A stretch of DNA of 63,702 nucleotides, counting the filler, from Phoronis australis (Eukaryota > Animalia > Phoronida), in the NCBI GenBank assembly GCA_002633005.1. It is 5 parts of 5 records of this genome, joined end to end, with 100 filler letters (N's around TTAATTAATTAA, not from the genome) between each part and the next. Parts side by side here need not be neighbours in the genome. Positions count along the whole stretch, not along the records: positions 1 to 21,643 come from NMRA01001408.1; 4 more parts are not named here. The stretch is one strand, 5' to 3'. The notes below the pieces were generated by a model that worked only from the letters and a program-made list of their open reading frames with translations, was not told the origin of the DNA and searched no databases. Positions within the stretch are counted from its first letter, which is position 1. Each line of letters starts with the position of its first letter. Below are positions 11,558 to 21,743 of the stretch, piece after piece. The position numbers and the translations under genes were made by a program.

Positions 11558-14500
11558 CTTGTGACAGACCATCGAGATTCAGCCTTGAACATCACACTCT
11601 TATATGGATCAAGTGGCGTCCACTTCCTGTGTGGTACACTCTGCCTAATTTTCGGCGTCCTTACAATGCAACGGCAAGGAACTAGCAGGGACTTTTGGCT
11701 TGGACTATTCGCTGGAATCGTTTCAGGGAGTATATTTATCACGACAGGGTGTTCTGCGTGCTTTGCCATAAAGAAAGGGTCGCACATCGTCAACATTGAA
11801 TTCACAGCGCTGTCACTTGTTAGTTTGGTAGTTTGCACAATACAAATTATGCTGTCCGCTAAAGCAATTTTTCCCAAGTTGCGTAATACTGTACTATATA
11901 ATTTCGAATCCGTAATCTTGGTGTTCTCTCTCCTGGAACTACTCAACTGTACTTCAACAACCGCGTACTTCATTGCGTTATTTTGTGGTTACAAGTTCTC
12001 GTCGTTGCAAACGTTTTTCAATAACACGTGCGCAATGTGTTTTCGCGGGGAATCCTTGCGGAAGAAACCATGCTCAACATTAAAAATACCAAATGACATC
12101 CAAGAGAGTGTGTTGGACGATGGGGTACAGCACGGCAATGTAACAGATGAACATTTTGCAGCGTTTCCGTCATGCAAAACATACACCGAAGACAGCAGTT
12201 TGAGACCGAGTTCTCGTGGGATTGCAAATGCCAGTGCGGTAGAACTTGGTTTATCGGGAATACTGGGTACAGAAGACGATGCAGCCGCAGAGACTACACA
12301 GCCCGCTGTTCGTGTTAATCACACCACGCTATTTGTGTCTTCGTTTTCTCATTTCATAGCCGGCGTTGTTTGTATCGCCTTAGGCGCGACAGTTATGCGA
12401 GAGCAAGGATCCACCAACCACTCATGGCTCGGACTTTGGTGTTGCCTGTTTTGTGGGTGTGTCTTCATTGCAACGGGCTCTACTGCATTGTATGTAACTC
12501 GGCGAAAGACACTATCTATTTTTGTTGAGCTTGCGTTACTGTCTGGCGCAGGGGCTGTTGGTTGTATTGTGCAGGTCGCACTTTGTGGTGTTGCTATAAA
12601 CACAACTTGGGGAAGTCAATCACTGTACCCGGTAGAGTCCTCTATCGTTGCTATTTCGGCATTGCAGTTCTTAAATTGTTTTGGCTTGTTGTCTTACCTG
12701 GTTGCATCGTTCAGTAATTTCAAGAAATCTTTGCATGCAAAAACAAAAGTAGAAGAGGGTAGGCCTATCACGCCTGACATAAAAACTATAAACGCACATG
12801 ATTATGCCGAAATCGAGTACGGTGGCAGTACAGGCAACAAAGAATCGTGGGGACACACGGAGTGCGGAGACAATGACCAAGTTACTGACGAAAGAACAGG
12901 TGACGATTGCGTTACCAAGACCCAAATGATCCATTACAATAGCAATAATAATAACAATAACAATAATAATAATAATAATAATAATAATGATGATGATGAT
13001 GATAATTTAAAAACTAATCATGACGAGGAAGAGAGAAGTGGTTTAACGGACACGAACTTGTCGTACGGTAGTTTTAAACAGCATGCTTGTGACGACCGCG
13101 GCACTGCGGAGGTTAGTCGGGCCGAAGCCACCAACCATCTCTCACGCAGTTTACTTGTTTCATCGGAGGTTGGACGTCTGTATCAGGAACCCGACGAGAT
13201 CAACAGATGGTTGAGAGAAGTTAAAACGTGTCCGATGAGCGAGCACATCAGAAACAATGAGAAGGTCGGTAAAGAGTTATCATCGATAGATTTGATGACA
13301 TATTCTTCCGCGCAATCCGGTCATAACGTATATAAAAGCCTACTTTGCTCCCCATACTCGTTGTCTACCCGGAATAGTTATCTCATTTATGCTACTGAAT
13401 ATAAACCTTTATCCAACGAAGCCCATGCAGATTTTTCCCACAAAGTGAATGGTAACATTACACCCTGCAATCAGGTGCGTCTAAAGACCAAGAGGGCCAC
13501 TGCAACAAAAATTGTAACTAATTTCTTCGCAAGACTTCAGCAATTATTTCAATACTTGTTGTGCGCCACCGAGTACAGTAGAGACGTAACCAGTGATTCT
13601 GTAAAACCTAAGAAATCGATCCGACACAGAGCCGCTGAATTGACAAAATCCGCACTGAAAAATGTGCACAGTTTCGTTGAAACCAAGCGACGCTGCCATA
13701 GCACAGGAGACTTGAAAAACACAGAAGAAAAAGATCATGGAATGAGAGCAACGTCCGTGCGCCTGATACAACCAATACTCTGCCAATCCATCAATTTTAT
13801 GCTTCACGGAAGATGGCGGTTGTCTTCACTTTCAAGTGGAATTCTGTCAGGCGATCAATTTGAAAAAGCTTTGAAAGGCAAGCTTATTGCACCCGTATTG
13901 CCATGTGGAACAGGAAACCCAAACTATAATAATACCGACGCCGACAGTGTTACAAAGAAGTCGTTGGGTGGACGATTTATAAAGTTTGAGCGCTCCAAAT
14001 TCGAAACATCGCCAATGGCGACCGCCCTTCGGGAGGGGTGTGGAGACACGAGACCACACCCATTTGGAGTTACACGTGGTGAACTGTTTGATGTACAAAG
14101 AGTGGAGACTGCGCAAGCCAACGTCTCGGCGCTTTTAAATCATTATGTAACACTTTTGTACATCTTGAAACAAATCCAGTCTAGCTTTGGACCTACAGAG
14201 CAACAGCAAGGGAAGCAGGAAGAGTTAGAGGTCAATTTCAACCCATACAACATTACCAATGGGCTGATACCAGCTTCTCTTGAGAATGCTGGTGTTGCGG
14301 ACGGAAGTGAACCACCAGTTTCTTCAAGTAGTAGTATTATCGCAAACGACTCTCAAAGTGAAAGCGAATCCATGGTTACAGAGATGCCACTTTCTTTTAG
14401 CCAATTGGTGAGGGACGGAAACGGCATTCTTTCCGAAGGTGTCGATATCGAGTATTCAACTGAAGCTAGTGAAGATCTAACGGGTGTTTGTGTCAGCTCG

Positions 14501-17500
14501 TCATCAAAAGACAACACATCGCAGTCAACGCTTCCGGAGAGTAGGCCTACGCTTGAACAGGACGTTAGTAGTGTCGCTTTGTCTGCGTCTGAAAACTACG
14601 CCAGAAGAACCAAAACACTTGATAGTAATGGTGTAGTGAACGATATACGTTTAAGCACGAGTACCGTGAAGGACCTAACATATGGAATCGACGATGTCAT
14701 CAAACACCGCTCCGATGCCACGACTTCTAATACTCAAATAAGCGATTTAGCACGGCAGCAGCCGACACCCGGATCTGACAGCACGACCACCATTTGTAGA
14801 AGACAGCTCACCATTGCAACAAATATAGCGCAGTCTGTCAATCTCAGTCAAGACATTGACAATCTGGACAGTGCAATTAAAAATACAAAAACAGACCATA
14901 AAGCAATCCCATCAACTAATACTTTGGGTCTTGAGTTGGATTACAACAAGTCTGTTTGCCACCAGGCATATTTTGGGCACAAAGATGGAGACTTAACAGA
15001 AAGCAAAGCGCCTACAACAAAACCTCCTAACATTATCCTAACAACTGAGTCAAGTGTTGGTAACAACACAAACGATGTTAAAATTCCACGAGCTCAGTCG
15101 CGTCTTGCCCAAGAAAGACCCATTAGTATACGGATTACTTCAAAGTATGATGGTTGGAATAATGGATCGTTGCGAGGCCGTGATTCTACAAATAAATGTA
15201 GTTCGTGTTGTCACAGAAAAGTGGTCAAGCTTAAAACGTTGTCAAGTGCTGGGCGCCAAAACGAAAGATTGTGTGGACCCGAAAACAATGCTAAAGTTTC
15301 TGCACCGTTAAGAAAAGTGCAAATTAGCTTCCATCAGAGCGTGAATTCTTATGAAAGGCGATTCACGAGTGAGATTAGGCTGAATATAAACGCACACGCT
15401 TGTGTGACAGCAAAATCTAGGTCTTACTACAGTGTCCATACTTCGCGTCTGTCTTGCCAATCGAATAAACTTACAGTAGCAGTCAAGCCGGAAGTGATGT
15501 GTAATAATTCATCAACGTCATTAGAAAGCCAGGCTAATAACAACAGCACAACTGATGCTTCAGTCGGCACTTCCTCTCTTAACAACGATACAGAGGATCT
15601 ACGGGGCACCAATGTCCGGTATAAAACATGGCGTTCAGTCTTGAACGTTAAACTATCCCAAAACTCCAGCAATAAAACGCTCTGTTTGACTACCGGTACT
15701 CCAGATGCCATTGCTTACTCACATAAACTGAACGTATTAACCTGTCGATCAATCAGCTCCGGAGCAATGCCACAGGCAATCAATTTCAGCCTTCCGCTGG
15801 ACGAAATTAAGCAACGTCTTACAGCCCCAGACATACAGGCCCGAATAAAACAACAGCATGTTGTTGTTACCAAAACTCCCGATACGTCTTACAAGGATTT
15901 AGTGGATGTAGACTCGGGGTGTATCATGAAGAGAGATGTTGGGCCCGCTTCAAGTAAAACGTGTCAAAGATGCAATAATCCTCCACTCACGAAACCCAAT
16001 TCTGGTGTTGAAAGTCTGTCACTGTCTACCTATCGGAAAGACGCCAAACTTCCCTTGGAGACTCTGTTCCTAAACAGAATAAAAGCTCAACAAATGACTA
16101 GTCACAACAAGAGCCTCGAGCTGACTCGCCCACAATCCAAAAACAGCTTTCGCAAAAAAACGAAATACGAAGAGTTGCAACAAAACGAACTACGCAGCGA
16201 CCTCCACCAAAGCATGTTTGCAACCAACGAAGCCATAAACGCATTTTTCTTGGAGAATAAGAACCACAGTGATCATTCTGTTGACTTGAACCAATTTTTG
16301 AACAAGGTCATACACACATCAGCAAGAGAACTTTACGATGATGAGATTAGTGATATACATACTACAAACGAATACGAGCATTGTTGCGAGGACGCAAGCG
16401 ACATCATTGATGGCCAAAATTCTGTGTCTGTCGACATGTTTCAGCTTTATCAAGAACTAGCGCAACTTTGTGACGACGAAACCGACAGCGTGACCGACGA
16501 AGAACCTAATAAGACAAATAATAACGACTTAACTGACGTAAACTTAACGCGTAATCTAATAGCAGTCCGAAGACATCTTATTAATGAAATAAAGCAATTG
16601 GAATCTAAATCGTTTCCAAAACACTTTGATATTAATTCTTCGATAAGTTTGCCGGAAATGAGCACCTGCGAGCCAGTGTCATTAGATCAGCCCATAGATC
16701 CGGTAAGTGACATGTTAGTTGACCAGTATCGAAGTTTTGATGACAAGTATTACGGTGACGTGAAGGACACCGTATCTATTGGTGGCAGCAGGAGTTGTGA
16801 AACTAGCGCTTTGTTGGCAACTTCACATTCCAGCAACATTCTGATTAAGAGTCATCTTTCGGAACATTGTCTGCATGTCGATACGAGTATCTATAACAAT
16901 GCCGTAGATATGCCAGCCGTAAAGCGGGATCTCCTTGACGAACTGAAACAAATTGACAAAGTCGTTGATGAAAAGCGTGGATTCGTTAAGTCAGCGGACA
17001 GTATGCCAAATTTCAGCTATGCGGAAATGATTCCCTATTCTCAACTTCCAGTAGAGCATGTTAGTGACACAATGTTACAGTCCTATCATTTCTCCACGGA
17101 ACAGTCTCTAGAAGACGTAGTAAGTGTTTACTCAGAAGAAGCCGATGGTGACTTATTGGAACTCGACTCTGAATATTCTAATCCTCATCTTAGCGATAAA
17201 TCGTCTTCAAGTTCGCCAGAAGCACTGGTGGGTGCAATGGGATCAAGAACGCTACAGTCTCCAACTGAACATGTCTCACTGGAGTTAGATCAGATTTCTC
17301 AAAATGTTGACGAACAATTTCCAACAAATCCTTCTTCAACAGGTATTTTTGTATCGCACACGGCGTCGGAAAAGTCTAATATGGTGAGACGAAAACCTTC
17401 TGTAGGATCACTCATAAGTACAAAACACCAGTCTTCAGATTATCCTGCCATAGATTGTCAACCTTGCAGTCACGTTCAGGCATTTGATCACGTGGACGTG

Positions 17501-19113
17501 AACTCAAGTGAGAAGGTCAATGATGACAAAAACACTGAAGATGGTGTGTTTTTACAAGAAGATAAAGAAGATGAACTGAATTCAACTGAGCACGAGTCTC
17601 GTCATAACAAAAGCTTAGACATAAGTGTGCCTGTGTCGAAGCACCTCTATGGAATGGTGTTAGGAGGATCTGAATTAAGAAATAAAGGGGATATTTTGGA
17701 AAACCCCCGGGATAAAACATACGTTGCAGTGTTGGATGCACCTGTGCATACAACTTTGCAAGTATGTGATTTTAAAAAGGCTGAGGTAAAAGGATGTATT
17801 GAAGAAATTCCTAAACCAGAAATGTTTAACCTTGGGACTAATCTTATGCAGGGGTCGTCATATCAAACAGAGCTTGAAAACGCCATTGATCACGTGCAAC
17901 TGTCCATGGGTGTTCAACCAAAGCCGAAGGCATCTTTTACGACATCTGTTGGACAAAAATCAGACTGTGAATCAAAATGCAGTCCGATTCACATAAGAGC
18001 AACCCGTGCAAATGTCTTAGATAGCATTGAAAAGCACTGCATGAAGGAAGAAGTTTTCCCGGAAAGGAAGAAACGAAGTCCAATTAAACATCCAAAATTT
18101 GTCGCTTCAGTTACCCAGTCTTCCAAAATTAATACGAGGGTTTCAAGTGAGCAACTGCATATTTGTGGTGAAAAAATTTATCCTCGAAAGCGACACAAAG
18201 AAAATGCAAAGAAGAAGCTCAACAACGAAAAACCATTTCTCGAGATGCTTCTGAGTGAAGACGAACAAATTTCTGATCCCGTTGAGGCGTCGAGTAATAT
18301 TACTTTAGGATCAGCTACTGATTGGGCTATACACCAAGTCTCTAAAGCTCAAACATTTTCAAACAACAAAAGTCCGCATACTGTTGGGTCCTTCAAAATC
18401 AAACCAACTCAAGTTGCACACAGTGATTCTGCACATCCGACGACCAGCAGACAAATGGATGATGCAAGAAAGGGGAATGTCCCGAGGAGTGAATCATATA
18501 AAAAACAGGCTCGAAACTCTTCAACATCAACTCAAATGAAATGTGGGAATGAAGGTGCGAACAATAGTCCTCCTGTGAAGCAGAAAGCGACGGTGTACTT
18601 TAGAAGAGTTCCGGCGACAGGTGCCCCTCGTGGTTTATCGAAAGCTAGTCGAGCTGTCAAGCAAATTCCGCCATATATTGAGACTCGCGTGGTCCATAGT
18701 CCTTTGAAAACAACCAAGACCAGTGACCACGTAGAGTCGAAAGTACACCCTCTTCGGCGTGTGGCACAGAGACGTCTGGGTCTTCATGACGCACTCCGTG
18801 GAACGAAGGTTAAGAGGAGTGCGAAGCAACTGACACAATTAACCAACAGTACGAAGGGCACCTCTTCTAACACCACAGAGAAACTGAGATCATCGTTTGA
18901 CAAACTACGCGGACTGCAATCTGCCAAGAATTCGTCCAGAGGTAAGAAAAACACTGAAGTCAATTCGACAAATATTCATCCGATAAGAAGAAAAGTAACT
19001 AACGAGCAATTAGTTGCTGAAGCTTTTGTGCATTTGGTTGAGCAAATATGGTCTGGCAGTAGTACACCAAGTACGTTTGAGCTTCAACAACAACAGCAAC
19101 ACCAACAGCTGTC

Positions 19114-19153
<40 letters not shown>

Positions 19154-19822
19154 CAAGAACAACAAACGCTACAACGACAACGCCAACAACAGAATTCAAA
19201 GACCCGAGAGAATGGCTGTCTTATTGAGATGGATTCAAAAGCTAAAGAGTCGAATGATTGTTCCTATCAGGCGAACCAGCATCCTAAAGACCAAAGAGTT
19301 ATTCCAGGGAATTCTTCGTCTTTGCACCCATTTGTGGATCACAGATATCCAATTAATGTAGCCCAACCATCACATTTGGCAAAAGGTCTTGATTCCAGCA
19401 CAATCACTGAGTCGTTGCGTGCTGGACTGACACCTCTTGGCAACAAGCTTTTCACAGTGGCATCGACGACACACTCTGGAAGTATCTTTAAACAGGCAAG
19501 TTCTTGGTTATTCGGAGAAAAAAACGAAACCTCTAAATCCTCTGTCAGTACACCAGCAAAGAACAATTACTCTCTTGAAGTTGGTTCCCCACCCTCAGGC
19601 AGTCAAATGAGACCACCTCATCAGCCAAAAGTGTCGTCTGTGTCCGTTAGCGGGCTTGTCAGTGATTGGCTGTTTGGACGAAAAACGCAACAGCAAGCAA
19701 CGTGGCTTCCGGCATACTTTCAGGGAACAGTTGGCGGAAATGTACCCATCGCCCACTCGTCTGATTTAATTAAAGAAGAAAATCAGCTCATTGTTTTCAG
19801 ACCCCCGGCAGTCAACAGGTAG
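11558..19822 (+). CDS. Giant terminal coding exon: two tandem CD20/MS4A-like 4-TM domains plus a ~2,370-aa low-complexity tail with poly-N and poly-Q tracts (probably 5'-partial)
   Basis: 8.26 kb with no in-frame stop. Two alignable hydrophobic blocks (HFLCGTLCLIFG..WLGLFAGIVSGSIFITTG..ESVILVFSLLELLNC and HFIAGVVCIALG..WLGLWCCLFCGCVFIATG..ESSIVAISALQFLNC) fit the CD20-family pattern. A pyrimidine tract plus TAG acceptor lies at 11541-11557 and the first ATG is at 11666. Coding status is more certain than the family call. Confidence 0.82.
12944..13003 (+). repeat. Coding microsatellite (AAT/AAC)15(GAT)5, poly-Asn then poly-Asp
   Basis: Read directly, in frame within the giant ORF. Confidence 0.95.
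19085..19191 (+). repeat. Coding CAG/CAA tract, poly-Gln
   Basis: QQQQQHQQLSQQQQQQQQQQQQQQEQQTLQRQRQQQ, in frame. Confidence 0.95.
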
Positions 19823-19882
19823 CTAATGCACCATTTTACAATCTGCCTTAAGTGGATGAAACGCAAAATGATTAAGATTAGA

Positions 19883-19888
19883 AATAAA
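19883..19888 (+). promoter_or_regulatory. Candidate polyadenylation signal of the giant gene
   Basis: AATAAA about 60 bp after the stop codon, followed by T-rich TTTGTATTTT. Confidence 0.5.
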
Positions 19889-19953
19889 CACGAGTTAAAC
19901 ATTTGTATTTTAGCGTTAACTTACACTTCAGCATGCACATTTGTCAAGGGCGA

Positions 19954-20972
19954 TGTTATCTACGGAGCATTTTAGAGACAGATTTGTGCAGACATTGAAG
20001 ACGTACTACTACTTATAAAGCATGTCAAACACCAAACGACTGGTTGGTTTTGCGCTTCTGAATTCTCCAATGGGTAGTTACATGGTGTTTTCTTTCAATT
20101 GTGTTTCGAGCTCTTCATTCAGGTATTTTTCAGGCATACTGAACAATAGTTTTACTACATACTGTTCCGTAGTCGTATGGCTTCTTGTTTAGTATTTTGT
20201 GTTTTTGAATAAACCTGCAGACGGCGCTCAACAATAAAACATGGTGGCAACGGCATAATAAAATTTGCGGCGAAAAATCTGCAAATCGTTTGTGTCAAAC
20301 TGATAAATGGTGGGTGAATACAAGTCGCAATGGCAAAAATTAGTCCCCCAGACGCTTTCCGCTTTGACAAACCCTCGCTGTGGCCTGAGAGGCGTAAACG
20401 TTTCATGCGATATCGACTCGCATCCAAACTGAATAAAGACGACGGGGAAATCCAAGTAGCCACGCTTATTTACAGCATGGGCACCGATGCTGAAAATATC
20501 TTCGAAACGTTTGGCCTGAGTGATCCCGATGCTAAGAAGTTTGACATTGTCATAGAAAAATTTGATGCCCACTTCATCCCAAAAAACAAACATTATACAC
20601 AAACGGGCCATATTTAACCAGAGAGTCCAACATGCCGATGAAAATGTTGAGTCATTTTTACGAGCGTTGCATGAACAGGCCGACCACTGCGACTTGCTAG
20701 ACAGGGACGAGATCATACGCGACCGTCTTATCATAGTTATACGCGATCGAGATGTGTCAAAAGAGTTACAACTGAAATCAGGGCTTACACTCGAACAAGC
20801 TATCTTGTCCGCTAGACAGACCGAGCAGGTCAATTCTCAGATGCGGCAGGTATCACTTGCAACTGGCCCAGATAAGGCCATAGGTGCCATCAGAGGTCGT
20901 AGACGAGGTCAGCATAACGTTCCTCGTGGTAGAGGCAAAAGTATATGGAACGCCCCTAGCGTCACCTTGTGA
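19954..20972 (+). mobile_element. Ty3/Gypsy LTR retrotransposon 5' remnant: putative LTR, tRNA-Leu-type PBS and frameshifted gag (20330-20972); pol absent
   Basis: LTR end ...AAAACA at 20241 is directly followed by TGGTGGCAACGG (11/12 match to the tRNA-Leu complement TGGTGGCAGCGG). Gag reads PPDAFRFDKPSLW...QVATLIYSMG..FDAHFIPK / NIIHKRAIFNQRVQ..ENVESFLRAL..ADHC..IRDRLI..LTLEQAI, with a frameshift in the A-run near 20581-20590. The left LTR boundary (TGTTAT at 19954) is tentative. Confidence 0.85.
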
Positions 20973-21643
20973 CGGGTCTTTTCTGACACGTGACGAGTCA
21001 TTTTTGACACGCTGACGCGTCAATGATGCTGTTGAACTCGTGTGGATGTTCTTAAAAGAACCAATCAGTGTTAAGGTTTTACAGCGTGTTGACTAAACCA
21101 ATGAGATCGTCATGTTTTGAGGTGACTGACAAGAACAAATGCTGTCAATCATATATCGACTTAGTATTCCAAGAGACAAAAACAGGAGTTACTGAACACG
21201 GAAGTGTCCCGGAAATGTGCATTCGGGATGGCTTCAAGGAATTTGTACGATCAGCAAGTACTAATAACGAAGATGGGTACGGCGACGACAATTTCTTGTG
21301 ATGGTGCATTCCAGGAATTCCTTTCACCAAACATGAGTACGACCAACAGCAAAGCGTAAGCGCGAGTCGGCGAGTGCAAAAGAGTTAAGCCAACATGGCG
21401 GTCAGAAGAAGCGCGACATTTATAATGGAACTTCGTGGTGCAAGCTTGTGTACTGGGATCGATGTCACGGTGTCTGAATTTGTTGTCGATTGTAAACGTG
21501 ACCTGTAGTGTTGCTGTAGATATATTTCAATGGACCAAGTGTTGCAAGAAACCGTCACTTTAGTGAAAGCGAAGTAAGTTGTTCTTTTTGTTGGCCGGGT
21601 GTGCTTGATTTGTGTACTATCAGTGTAGGTTGTGCAAACGAAT

Positions 21644-21743
21644 NNNNNNNNNNNNNNNNNNNNNNNNNNNNNNNNNNNNNNNNNNNNTTAATTAATTAAN
21701 NNNNNNNNNNNNNNNNNNNNNNNNNNNNNNNNNNNNNNNNNNN
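21644..21743. other. Assembly gap spacer N44-TTAATTAATTAA-N44
   Basis: The identical 100-bp spacer occurs four times; the 12-mer puts stops in all six frames. Confidence 0.97.

Noticed and set aside
18999-19361. Poly-Ala and poly-Ser ORFs overlapping the giant gene
   Set aside because: Alternative-frame and antisense readings of the CAG tract.
21393-21580. Possible first exon (AACATGGCGG start context, donor GAA|GTAAGT)
   Set aside because: The AACATGG frame stops before the donor, the alternative peptide is only about 15 aa, and a gap follows; unsupported.
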